From NCBI GenBank assembly GCA_964414895.1, contig CAYPXO010000001.1, positions 26,999-90,998 of the forward strand: a stretch of 64,000 bases of DNA, in the 5' to 3' direction. The DNA is from an uncultured Pseudomonadales bacterium (GTDB lineage: Bacteria > Patescibacteriota > Microgenomatia > UBA1400 > CAYNMC01). The notes beneath the pieces were generated by a model. The model was not told where the DNA came from and did not search any database. It saw only the letters and a program-made list of their open reading frames with translations. This document shows positions 47,869 through 57,205 of the stretch, one piece after another. Each line of letters starts with the position of its first letter. Position 1 is the stretch's first letter. A program made the position numbers and the translations under genes.

Positions 47869-48303
47869 TCAGCCTGTAGGCTTTTCATTAACTAAAAAAG
47901 GATTAAAATTGATCTTTAATAAATTTCTAATCGGTACAAAGAGTAGTCTGGGTAAATTTCTCCACTCAAACCAATCCCATCCGATACATTTATCAGGCTC
48001 TTTAATTTTTACTTTACCAGATTTATAGTCTGCTATCACAAAACAAGTAATATAATGCTTACCTTCTTTTTTGAAAATATCATTAGTATAAGGACCTTGT
48101 TTAAGGTTTTTTATCTTTATTCCTGCTTCTTCTAAAACCTCTCTTTTGGCACAACTAAAAACATCTCCATTAAAATCTAGGTGCCCGCCCGGAAAATTCC
48201 AATCACCCTCTCCATGAGAACCCTTTCTCTTGCCCATCAAGACTTTATTATCTTTTATAACAATTACGCCAATGCCTATTCTTGGGTATTTGTTGTTTTT
48301 CAT
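47869..48303 (-). CDS. NUDIX hydrolase
   Basis: Nudix box GGHLDFNGDVFSCAKREVLEEAGI. Confidence 0.7.
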   Translation of the reverse strand: MKNNKYPRIGIGVIVIKDNKVLMGKRKGSHGEGDWNFPGGHLDFNGDVFSCAKREVLEEAGIKIKNLKQGPYTNDIFKKEGKHYITCFVIADYKSGKVKIKEPDKCIGWDWFEWRNLPRLLFVPIRNLLKINFNPFLVNEKPTG

Positions 48304-48324
48304 TGTTTTATCTCTTGCCAGAAA

Positions 48325-49212
48325 TCATTTTTTGATATTGATTACCATCGTCGCTCCAATAAAAGCCAAAATAGAACCAGCGATAAAACCCAAAGTCAAT
48401 CTTTCTCCCAGCATTAAAGCAGACCAGATAAAAGCAGAAACAGGCTGAAGATAAAAAACCATAGAAACAATAATTGGGTTGGCTTTTTTAATTGCCAGCT
48501 GGTAGACAATATAATAGCCGGCTGTGCCAAGTATCCCCACATAAACTAAGCTTGCCCAGCTGGCGAAAGAAACATTTTTAAGCAAACCCAAATTGCCTTC
48601 AGTTTCTGACAAAGCTAAGAAACTTTGAACAATGAGAGTTGTGGCAATAAAAATAGTTGTCAAGGCCAGCGGAGAAAAGTATTTTTGTAGTTTTTTGGAA
48701 AAAACTGAATACAAAGAATAAGAAAAAACAGCAATAAATACTAAAAGGTTGCCTAAAAGATCGCCGCTAAAAACAAAGCTTTTCCCCAACACAGGCAGAA
48801 GAACAATTAACAAAACTCCAATAAAACCAATAATAACTCCTAAAATTTTTTTTAAACTCATTTTTGTTTTGAGAATAAAATATGAAGTGATAGCAACAAT
48901 AATTGGCACTGCAGCATATAACATTTGGGAAATTGTAGCGGTAGTCTTTCTAACACCTAGGGCAAAAAAAGTAACATTTGAAGTAGCCAATAAAGAAATC
49001 AGAACAGCCAGTTTTATTTTTTTTAAGTTTAACTTTTTTTCTTTGGATAGAAATAAAGGGCCTAAAACTAAGCCGGCCAAAATAAACCTTAAAAATATAA
49101 AGGTAAAAGGAGTTATCTGTTTTAGGGCAATTTTAGAAAATGGAGGAACCCCACCACCGATAAAAGCTGCTAATAAAACTAAAACTATTGATGTAAAAAT
49201 ATCATTTCTCAT
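48325..49212 (-). CDS. EamA/DMT-family transporter
   Basis: Ten TM helices in two EamA-like halves. Confidence 0.6.
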   Translation of the reverse strand: MRNDIFTSIVLVLLAAFIGGGVPPFSKIALKQITPFTFIFLRFILAGLVLGPLFLSKEKKLNLKKIKLAVLISLLATSNVTFFALGVRKTTATISQMLYAAVPIIVAITSYFILKTKMSLKKILGVIIGFIGVLLIVLLPVLGKSFVFSGDLLGNLLVFIAVFSYSLYSVFSKKLQKYFSPLALTTIFIATTLIVQSFLALSETEGNLGLLKNVSFASWASLVYVGILGTAGYYIVYQLAIKKANPIIVSMVFYLQPVSAFIWSALMLGERLTLGFIAGSILAFIGATMVINIKK

Positions 49213-49298
49213 CTTCTCTTATATTTCATCAGTCATAACATTACGCCTGATTTTATTTTATCCGAGAAATTTAATAAAGACTAGCTATTTTTTCGAAT

Positions 49299-49360
49299 TG
49301 ACTTTTCACAATTCTTCAAGTTCATCTTCAAAGCATATGATCGTGAGTCAATCTGGTGAG
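49299..49360. repeat. ~62-bp repeat copy B
   Basis: See copy A. A degenerate third copy (GATCGTGGGTCAATC) lies at 50153-50172. Confidence 0.7.
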
Positions 49361-49384
49361 CTAAAGAGAGCAAATTTGTAAAAT

Positions 49385-50032
49385 TTATTGAAGTTTTAAG
49401 ATTCTAAGCTTTATTTTTTTCTTCTCAAGTTTAAACTGAAAAATCACTGGAAAGTCAAAATTATTTTTAATATAAAGATTTTTTTCTTTGCTTTCCTTAC
49501 TTCCTTCTTCATAAGAAATTAAAGTCCCGTATTCTCTTGGCACACCGGGAATAGGGGAGAAGTCGTGATTTCTTTTGGCAATTACTTCCAATCCTGCCTC
49601 ACTAGCCGTCCAGTTCATCAAAGAAGCCAAGTGGCAAACTCCATTACCATGAATTCCATAGGCTTTTTTAAAACCCTGTTCGGCGGAAAATTGGCTGCCA
49701 ACAGTCATAACCAGCCCTTTTTCATACTCTGGCAAAATATTTTTATGAAAAGCAAAAACCGCCCCGGAAGGCAAGACAAAAGAAAAATCATCACTAATCT
49801 TGCCAGCAAAATAGTAAAGGTTCAAAAGAATGTTGTCAGTAAAAATCTCGTTTATTTCTTTATTTTCATCTCTGTTTGTCAAATCAAGGCTGTTTTGAGC
49901 CAAAAATCCTTTCTCTCTATCGGCAACTTGGTTTATAAGCTCGCTTTGAGGAATTGGTGTTAATAAAACCTTCTTCTGAAAAGGGAGACCTGGTAGTAGA
50001 AAAGAAAGCAAAGAAACAACAACTGTTTTCAT
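49385..50032 (-). CDS. VanW-like protein
   Basis: Signal peptide; GIHGNGVCHLASLM resembles the VanW G-G-G-V-C core. Confidence 0.4.
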   Translation of the reverse strand: MKTVVVSLLSFLLPGLPFQKKVLLTPIPQSELINQVADREKGFLAQNSLDLTNRDENKEINEIFTDNILLNLYYFAGKISDDFSFVLPSGAVFAFHKNILPEYEKGLVMTVGSQFSAEQGFKKAYGIHGNGVCHLASLMNWTASEAGLEVIAKRNHDFSPIPGVPREYGTLISYEEGSKESKEKNLYIKNNFDFPVIFQFKLEKKKIKLRILKLQ

Positions 50033-50183
50033 TTTAAAAATTAAAAACCTCTGTTTTTAACCAGAGGCAGGCTTTTTATTCTTCTCCTATTTTCTCAAAT
50101 CATTCCCTAATTTTCAATCCCTGCTTGCTTTTATATCTACTCTAATAAGCCTACGATCGTGGGTCAATCAGAGTAACTTAAAT

Positions 50184-51662
50184 TCACTCGGGAGTAAAAC
50201 GGTAAACACCAAAATAACTTTCTTTCTCTGGTTTGTAGAATCGTGCCTTTTCTATAAGACAATCTTCTAGGCCTCCTTTATGCTCACTGCGGCTGACAAA
50301 ATAAACCGGCTTTTTAAAAGAAAATTCTTCTATCTTTCCTTTTAATAGCTGTTTATCCAAATAAACTACTTTGATTCTTGGATTTTCAAAATAATAAGCA
50401 AAAAGAGCATTCTCTGGATTGCCAGCATCCAAACGAACGCCCAGGACGATAGGTTGTTTCTCTGCTTTTTCTTCCAAAAATTGTCTCACTTTGTCCAAGC
50501 CATAACCGGCAGTGTTCCCGGTAACATACTCCTTTTTTTGAGAAAAGGCAGGGATAAAGTTGTTCAACAAGCTAAAGTAGGCAAGAGGCTTGAAAATCAA
50601 TAAAAAAGTCACATATAAAGGAAAAAATAGTGCAAACAGTCCAAAAAAGCCAAGAAATTTTTGCTTTATAAAAAGAAAGGCGACTGCCAAAGCAGCTAAA
50701 ATTGAAGTCAGTGGTAAAAGAGGCATTATATAACGAGGATTAAGATTCCTAGCAGTTAATATTGTTATTGCCAAACTCCCAAAAAACCAAAATAAAAACA
50801 GATAATATCTTTCCTTAATTGCCTTAATTAAGCCAAGAATTATCAATAAAAAAACTGCTGGTGTTAGCTGCCAAAAACTTATTTTTAAAAAAGCTGAAAT
50901 ATTGCCCCACCATTTATCAAAAGGAAAAAAAAGCAATTCTTTAATGGTCAAATTAAAACGATTGCTCATTTTAATAATATTAAGAAAGTCAGGCTGGATA
51001 ATAAGAGGCAAAATAAAAAAGAAAGTAAAAAATAAAATCAAAGCCAGTGCCCAAAAATAATTTTGTTTTTCTTTAATTTTTCTCTCTTTCAGAAGAAAAA
51101 AACCCAAACTAACAACTGTTAATAAAAAAAAGATAAATGTGTTTGATTTAATAAAAAGACCAATTCCTAAAATACTACCAATAAAAAAAGAGATAACTAA
51201 ACTTCTTCTTTTAAAATAAAGGCTTAAAAGATAAAAACTCCAAATATTAACAGAACAAACAGCACTCTCCATTAAGGCCTGTCGATCAAAAAAGACAAAA
51301 ATTGGCACGATAATATAAATAAGCGGTGCAATTAGTAAAAAAGGCCAAGGTAAAAAAAGAGCACTTAATAAATATATCCCTAATACCCCTAATCCTCCTA
51401 AGGCCACTGACACCAATCTCCCGGCAAGCAAAGGATCAGGAATTATTTTATTTGTAATTCCAAAAACCCACATCAAAAAAGGCTGCTTACCGTCATAAAG
51501 GGAATAAAAAGCAAAACCAGGAATATTAATCATCCGCTGCCCCCAATCAAGGTAAATCGCTTCGTCATTAAAAATCGGCAGTAAGGTAAGGTTAACAACT
51601 CGTACAAATAAAAAAAGAAAAAAGACTAAAAGAAGCAAAAGAAACTTTTTATTGCTTATCAT
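50184..51662 (-). CDS. PMT/ArnT-family (GT39/GT83-like) membrane glycosyltransferase
   Basis: More than ten TM helices; N-terminal LPIFNDEAIYLDWG matches the D-E loop of PMT/ArnT enzymes. Confidence 0.55.
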   Translation of the reverse strand: MISNKKFLLLLLVFFLFLFVRVVNLTLLPIFNDEAIYLDWGQRMINIPGFAFYSLYDGKQPFLMWVFGITNKIIPDPLLAGRLVSVALGGLGVLGIYLLSALFLPWPFLLIAPLIYIIVPIFVFFDRQALMESAVCSVNIWSFYLLSLYFKRRSLVISFFIGSILGIGLFIKSNTFIFFLLTVVSLGFFLLKERKIKEKQNYFWALALILFFTFFFILPLIIQPDFLNIIKMSNRFNLTIKELLFFPFDKWWGNISAFLKISFWQLTPAVFLLIILGLIKAIKERYYLFLFWFFGSLAITILTARNLNPRYIMPLLPLTSILAALAVAFLFIKQKFLGFFGLFALFFPLYVTFLLIFKPLAYFSLLNNFIPAFSQKKEYVTGNTAGYGLDKVRQFLEEKAEKQPIVLGVRLDAGNPENALFAYYFENPRIKVVYLDKQLLKGKIEEFSFKKPVYFVSRSEHKGGLEDCLIEKARFYKPEKESYFGVYRFTPE

Positions 51663-51809
51663 CAGTTTCTACGAGGAAAAAGCATCTTTATACCACTTGT
51701 TAAAAAAGCAATCACAAAGCGGAAAAGATCTCCTGCTTTTCTGCCTAAAAACTGCAAAAAATCTTCCCCAAAATAGCGCAAATGACGCTGTTCTTCTTCT
51801 CCCAGCATT

Positions 51810-52028
51810 TTATTTTATCTTAGCAGAATCTGTTGATTCTAACCTTTCTTTTTCTAATTCTTGAATCTCATTTTTCAATCTTTCTATTTCTTCTTTCATC
51901 TCCTTAGTTTTTCTAAGATGCCAACCATAGCCCCACAAACTATAAATAGCCAAAAAAAGGGCGCACAAAAAAATAATCAGCCAAGCAATCGAGCTATTAT
52001 TCCTCCTTTTCATATCCAACTTTATCAT
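51810..52028 (-). CDS. FtsB/DivIC-like septum formation initiator
   Basis: Single TM helix followed by a Leu-zipper coiled coil (EIERLKNEIQELEKERL). Confidence 0.45.
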   Translation of the reverse strand: MIKLDMKRRNNSSIAWLIIFLCALFLAIYSLWGYGWHLRKTKEMKEEIERLKNEIQELEKERLESTDSAKIK

Positions 52029-52046
52029 ATCATAAAAAAGGAGAAA

Positions 52047-52865
52047 TCAGCTGGAGGCAGAGGAATATTTGGTCAAAGAAAAGCGCCATAGTTTTAAAGA
52101 GAGAAAAAATAGTGTTATTGAAATAAAAAAAGCGTAAATCAACCATTGCCAAGACAAAAGTCCCATCAAGGCCTTAGCAGGAAAAGTAAAAACAACCCCA
52201 ATAGGAACAACAAAAGTCAAAAAAGCCCTTACCGAGTCAATATAAATATCAACCGGCACCCGAGCCATCAAAGATAAATCTCTGTAGATCAAAATCGCAT
52301 GATCAACTTCTGTAGTAATCACCCCAATTGAAGCAACTAGAATATGAACAGCCGTAACAATCAAAAAACCACAAAATGTTATCAAGAGAAATAAAAGAAA
52401 GTTTATAAGTGAAATAGCCATATTTTGTTTAATTAACGCCCAAATAATAACCATCAACAGGGGTAAATCTAAGATATCAGTTCTATTAGTCAAAATTTGA
52501 AAAAGAGGACTGAGTGGTTTAACCAAAGCCAGGTCAAATTTACCGGAAACAACATCTCCTCTAAACCAATAAATTCCCCGGAAAAAAAGCTGACCCAAAA
52601 TATCCAAAAGATTAAAAACCAAAAAGAAAACTATCATCTGTTCCAAATTATAGCCAGCTAGGCTCTTTGTTTTTCCCAAAACAACCAAAAGTAAAACCAG
52701 AAAAAAGGCAAAGCGAATAAATTTGCCAAGAAGGTACATTAATGAGGCTCCTTGAGTAAATAAAGGCGTCTGGATTGACAGAATGGTAGTCTTTAGCCAA
52801 ACTTTTAAGTATTTCTTAATATTCATATCCCAGCCGCAGTATAGGATTTTAGTCCTCTCCGCCAA
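52047..52865 (-). CDS. ABC-2 family transporter permease
   Basis: Six TM helices; paralog of 55040..55828 (shared ...WRFSLTKYSSASS / ...WQFNLKHYSSASS C-termini). Confidence 0.55.
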   Translation of the reverse strand: MAERTKILYCGWDMNIKKYLKVWLKTTILSIQTPLFTQGASLMYLLGKFIRFAFFLVLLLVVLGKTKSLAGYNLEQMIVFFLVFNLLDILGQLFFRGIYWFRGDVVSGKFDLALVKPLSPLFQILTNRTDILDLPLLMVIIWALIKQNMAISLINFLLFLLITFCGFLIVTAVHILVASIGVITTEVDHAILIYRDLSLMARVPVDIYIDSVRAFLTFVVPIGVVFTFPAKALMGLLSWQWLIYAFFISITLFFLSLKLWRFSLTKYSSASS

Positions 52866-53665
52866 AGTAAATTAACCAAAAACTTAAGAATAAAAATCCA
52901 AAGAGCCATCACAGTAAAACCGGTAATAATCCCCGTTCTATCTACTCTTCCTAAATAAACTTGCAAGGGAAAGAAAATAAAATAAGAAGAGGGTAAAAAT
53001 CTCAAAAAATTAAAAACTAGTCTTGGCAGGATATCCAAAGGCAATAGGCCTCCAGAGAAAAACCTGAGAAGGACTGTAAATAAAAACCTGGCCGGCCAGC
53101 CGTTATGTTCCGGATACCAAAAAGTAGTTAAACTTATAATTAGGCTTAAATAAAAATAGACAAAGATGCTCAAAATAGAAAAACCAATAAAACCAAAAAG
53201 ATAAAAAAGGTTTGTTTGGAGAAAAAAAGGTGGCTTCAACAGCCAAAAAATCAAAGCTAACTCAAAAATAAGAAAGACCAAATTAAGTAACTTGTCCGAA
53301 AAGTCTCGACTAAGCCAATAAAAAAAATAATTAATCGGTTTTAATAAACAATTGCTTAACTTGCCGGTGCTAATCTCGCCGGCAACATCAATGCTACGGG
53401 AGCCTAAAACCAAAGAATGAAGGAGTGAACTAGCTAAAATATAGGTCAACATCATTTCCTCATCATAGCCACCAATATTTTGATTAAAACGATAGACGGC
53501 ATACCAAAAAAAGTAAGCACTTAATCTTAAAATTACTGTTCTTATTCGCCAAACAACAAAGTTAAAACGATAAACAAGGCTCTCTTGCCAAGAAATTTTG
53601 AAAATTTGGAAGTATTTTTTAAGCATAATCTTTGCCGGTAAAGAGCTCGCGGATGATATTTTCAA
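52823..53665 (-). CDS. ABC-2 family transporter permease
   Basis: Paralog of 55975..56775 (..LWRRGLKSYTAAGI / ..LWRRGLKVYSTYGG). Confidence 0.55.
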   Translation of the reverse strand: MKISSASSLPAKIMLKKYFQIFKISWQESLVYRFNFVVWRIRTVILRLSAYFFWYAVYRFNQNIGGYDEEMMLTYILASSLLHSLVLGSRSIDVAGEISTGKLSNCLLKPINYFFYWLSRDFSDKLLNLVFLIFELALIFWLLKPPFFLQTNLFYLFGFIGFSILSIFVYFYLSLIISLTTFWYPEHNGWPARFLFTVLLRFFSGGLLPLDILPRLVFNFLRFLPSSYFIFFPLQVYLGRVDRTGIITGFTVMALWIFILKFLVNLLWRRGLKSYTAAGI

Positions 53666-54602
53666 TCGAAGCCTCAGAAATGTTTAAATCTTTAACTGAA
53701 TAAGAGTGCAAAAGCTTGGCAGCTATCTTATTGGACTCTTCCTTTTTTACCTTTAAAACTACCCGAGGAAAATCAAACTCAACCACCTCGCCCATCTCTG
53801 CCAATCTTCGCAAGTTGATTTCCTTTCCTAAGGTTATTTCCAAGAGCTTGTGGTCAGCATATCTTTCTATCACTTCAGTAAGCTGGCCATCAAAAACAAT
53901 TTTCCCCTTGTCAATAATAATCACTCTCTTGCAAAGCTCTTGAACATCTCCCATATAGTGAGAAGTCAAAATTATTGTTGACTTAAATTCTTTATTATAA
54001 TTTTTGATAAAATCCCTGATTTTTTTTTGCATGACCACATCTAATCCAATCGTCGGTTCATCCAAAAACAAAACTTTAGGGGAGTGAAGTAGGGCAGCAA
54101 TCAGTTCACATTTCATCCTCTGGCCAAGCGACAGTTTTCTTACCTGAACATTGATAATTTTTTCTATTTCCAAAAGAGCAACCAACTTATCCAAAGTTTC
54201 CCTAAACTTTTCATCCGGAATTTCATAGATCTCCTTGTTAAGAAGAAAAGTTTCCATTGCCGGTAAATCCCACCAAAGCTGGTTTTTTTGCCCCATTACA
54301 AGAGAAATCTGCTTAAGAAAGTCATGTTTTCTCTTCCAAGGATCAAAACCCAAAACAGATAGCTTTCCCCCATCAGAGTAGAGAAGTCCGGAAAGGCATT
54401 TTAAAGTAGTTGTCTTACCCGCCCCATTAGGTCCGATAAAACCAACAAGTTCCCCTTTCTTTATGGAAAAAGAGACTCTGTCAACCGCTTTAACTTCCTC
54501 ATATTCTCTTTTAAACAAAGACTTAAGAGAACCCACCAAGCCTGGTTCTTTTTTATGAACTTTGTAGTATTTCTTTAAATTTTTAACGTTAATGACGCTC
54601 AT
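53619..54602 (-). CDS. ABC transporter ATP-binding protein
   Basis: Walker A GPNGAGKTT, signature LSLGQRMK, Walker B LFLDEPT. Confidence 0.8.
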   Translation of the reverse strand: MSVINVKNLKKYYKVHKKEPGLVGSLKSLFKREYEEVKAVDRVSFSIKKGELVGFIGPNGAGKTTTLKCLSGLLYSDGGKLSVLGFDPWKRKHDFLKQISLVMGQKNQLWWDLPAMETFLLNKEIYEIPDEKFRETLDKLVALLEIEKIINVQVRKLSLGQRMKCELIAALLHSPKVLFLDEPTIGLDVVMQKKIRDFIKNYNKEFKSTIILTSHYMGDVQELCKRVIIIDKGKIVFDGQLTEVIERYADHKLLEITLGKEINLRRLAEMGEVVEFDFPRVVLKVKKEESNKIAAKLLHSYSVKDLNISEASIENIIRELFTGKDYA

Positions 54603-54955
54603 TAATGAATAATATTATAAATCTTCCATCCTTCAACACTATTTACTAAATGATAAATCAATAAAGCAGAGTGGGATTTTTTCCCTTTAAAGAAGTAGGT
54701 TTCTTTAGAAACCACAACAGTAGCTAATTTATCTTCACTACGAAAATCGATTGCCAAAATTTTCGTTTCCAGCTTATCAATCGAAAGATAACCATGCGAG
54801 GAAGAACCAGCAATTTCATCAATCTGAGTGGAAAGAAAAAGTTTTCTATCCTTTTGCTTTACTGCTCTTTCTCTCAATAAAAATATCTCCTTTATCTCCC
54901 TATTTACCCTCATTCTCTCAAGTATACTATAATCAAAGTTATAATTCACTCCCAT
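54602..54955 (-). CDS. hypothetical protein
   Basis: 117-aa ORF. Confidence 0.35.
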   Translation of the reverse strand: MGVNYNFDYSILERMRVNREIKEIFLLRERAVKQKDRKLFLSTQIDEIAGSSSHGYLSIDKLETKILAIDFRSEDKLATVVVSKETYFFKGKKSHSALLIYHLVNSVEGWKIYNIIH

Positions 54956-55039
54956 AACACTCCTTATAACAACAATTTTCGAAGAAACGTAAAAAAAAAT
55001 TATTACTCAATGTGGCGATCGCAGCACGAAATAATAATT

Positions 55040-55828
55040 TTATGAGGAGGCGCTGGAGTAATGCTTGAGATTAAACTGCCAGACCTTATGGGAAAGAAAA
55101 AGCAAGAAAAGGGATATAAAAATTCCGTAAAAAACCGTTGGCCAAGAAATCAAACCCAATAAAGTCTTAACCGGAATAGTAATAACAAAAGCTAAAGGAA
55201 ACACAAAAAAGAAAAAGTGTTTTAAAATTGGCGGCAGGATATCTAAAGGAATTACTGTCAAACGCAGAATTGGATGGAAAAATTCATAGATATTTGATAT
55301 ATTGCCGAGCCAAAAAACCAAATTAAGGCTCATAAACCACAAAGAATAAACAATGACAATAGAAAAAACAAGCATTGCTAAAAAAAGAGCAAAATTTAAA
55401 AAACTAATTTCTATCTTTGAGCTAGTTGCTACTACGAGCAAGACCGAACAACCCATCAAGAAACGTAAAAGAGTATGCCAAGAAAATTCCCTTAAAGAAA
55501 CATAAAATTGAGAAGAAAGTGGCTTGACTAAGACTAAATCTAGCTCTCCGTAATAAACCAAGCTAGCGAGCTTTTTGAAATTGTGACTGAAAAAAACTTT
55601 GGTTAAAGAGTTAATTACCAAAAAGGTAGCAGCCAAAACAAGAAGCTCCTCATAGTGCCAATTACCCACTCTTTGGATGTGACCAAAAATGAATTTGTAT
55701 AATAAAAGATACACTAATCCCCATAAAAAATTAATAAAAGATATAAGGAAAAAGTTGAAGCGATATTGACCTTCTCTTATCAAAGAGTTTTTTATAAAAG
55801 AAAGGTAAAGTTTAAAATATCTTTTCAT
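55040..55828 (-). CDS. ABC-2 family transporter permease (paralog)
   Basis: See 52047..52865. Confidence 0.5.
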   Translation of the reverse strand: MKRYFKLYLSFIKNSLIREGQYRFNFFLISFINFLWGLVYLLLYKFIFGHIQRVGNWHYEELLVLAATFLVINSLTKVFFSHNFKKLASLVYYGELDLVLVKPLSSQFYVSLREFSWHTLLRFLMGCSVLLVVATSSKIEISFLNFALFLAMLVFSIVIVYSLWFMSLNLVFWLGNISNIYEFFHPILRLTVIPLDILPPILKHFFFFVFPLAFVITIPVKTLLGLISWPTVFYGIFISLFLLFLSHKVWQFNLKHYSSASS

Positions 55829-55974
55829 CGTCTCTTATACTTCGAGCGGGTCTCGAGTTGTGTCGAGAGAGAAGTCGAGAAGCTTGCCTCAGATTTATCG
55901 AAGAGTTCTCGACTCACTGCGTTCGCTCGAACAATAAAAAACTTACCTCACTCACTCGTCAATTTGTTCCTATT

Positions 55975-56775
55975 TTATCCTCCATAAGTTGAATAAACTT
56001 TCAAACCTCTTCGCCACAAACTCCTGGTTAAGAACAAAAAAATTACAATCCAAAAAAACTGTATTGAAAAAGTCAGTAAAATCTCTCTAACTCCAAGATT
56101 TCCCAAAAAAATCTGTGTAGGAACAAAAACTTCAAAACGAAAAGGCAGAAACAAAGAAATCTTATAAAGACTTTCTGGTAAAAACTGCAGAGGAAAAAGC
56201 GTCCCTCCAAAAAGTAAAAGCAAAAAATCTGTCAGATTATTCAACCAACCAATCTCATTAAACCAGAAAGCAGACAGGCCAATGATAAGCTTAAACAAAA
56301 AAAATAAAATAAAGCTAAAGCTTATAAAAATAAAAAATAAGGATATATCTCTCCAAGAAAAATTTAAACTACCCAAAGAAACAGGGTAAAAAAGCAAAAA
56401 AAGGCCAATTACAGGAAATAGGAAAATTAAACGTAAAATTTTATAGGCTAGCTCATATATAAATCTTAAAAACAAAACTCTGGCTGGTCTCATTAAGTAA
56501 AAAGAGCTCAATTTACCAGTAGAAATATCAACTTGCAAAGCATGATCAGGATGGGTAAAAACAACGGCACGAATAAACATCACCAAAAGATAATAAACAA
56601 ACATCGAAGAGATGCTATAACCAGCAATCTTCTCTTGCCTAGCAAAAGCCGCCTGCCAGAAAAGAAGCATAATAGTCGGCGGAACAACATCCCAAAAAAA
56701 CCAAATAACACTTCTTGCCCTATAGGCAAAAACTAGCTGGAGTATGGTTTTAAAAAAGGCCCAATACTTTCTCAC
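55975..56775 (-). CDS. ABC-2 family transporter permease (paralog)
   Basis: See 52823..53665. Confidence 0.5.
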   Translation of the reverse strand: MRKYWAFFKTILQLVFAYRARSVIWFFWDVVPPTIMLLFWQAAFARQEKIAGYSISSMFVYYLLVMFIRAVVFTHPDHALQVDISTGKLSSFYLMRPARVLFLRFIYELAYKILRLIFLFPVIGLFLLFYPVSLGSLNFSWRDISLFFIFISFSFILFFLFKLIIGLSAFWFNEIGWLNNLTDFLLLLFGGTLFPLQFLPESLYKISLFLPFRFEVFVPTQIFLGNLGVREILLTFSIQFFWIVIFLFLTRSLWRRGLKVYSTYGG

Positions 56776-57051
56776 TTAGCGAACTTTCTTTTTTAAATTC
56801 TTAGAAACTATAAAACGGACCGCCCGGTGGGCTTTGTGGACTACTGGTGTTGGGTCATCAACGCTTTTCCTTCCTTTTTTGTCGGCCACCTTTTTAACAA
56901 CAAAAGTTCCGAAACCGGAAAGAACGACTTTCTCTCCTTTCCTTAAAGCTTTTCTAATTTCCTCAAGCATCACCTCAACTGCTTCTTTAGAAGCCTTTTT
57001 GGTTAAGTGAGCCTTCTTGGCTACAATCTCAATCAAATCTGATTTTTTCAC
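56776..57051 (-). CDS. hup: HU/IHF-family DNA-binding protein
   Basis: GFGTF beta-arm motif and typical length; MKKSDLIEIVA N-terminus. Confidence 0.8.
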   Translation of the reverse strand: MKKSDLIEIVAKKAHLTKKASKEAVEVMLEEIRKALRKGEKVVLSGFGTFVVKKVADKKGRKSVDDPTPVVHKAHRAVRFIVSKNLKKKVR

Positions 57052-57064
57052 TCTAGTTTCACCT

Positions 57065-57109
57065 CCTTCCTTGCCCGCCTGAATTTCTGGCAGTCCGCCT
57101 CTGGCGGAT
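57065..57109 (-). promoter_or_regulatory. second copy of the conserved 45-nt palindromic leader element
   Basis: CCTTCCTTGCCCGCCTGAATTTCTGGCAGTCCGCCTCTGGCGGAT differs from the 41735 copy at one position. Confidence 0.45.
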
Positions 57110-57205
57110 CAAATTTCTCAGCGTTACTCACCTCTCATTCGTTTCCAAATACCACTTCTGTAACCCTGAAGCACAAAACTTCACTGAGATACTGAAAAAT
57201 TAATT

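Noticed and set aside
48749-49381. 210-aa plus-strand ORF
   Set aside because: Antisense to the EamA transporter and runs through the intergenic repeat; low-complexity Lys/Ile composition.
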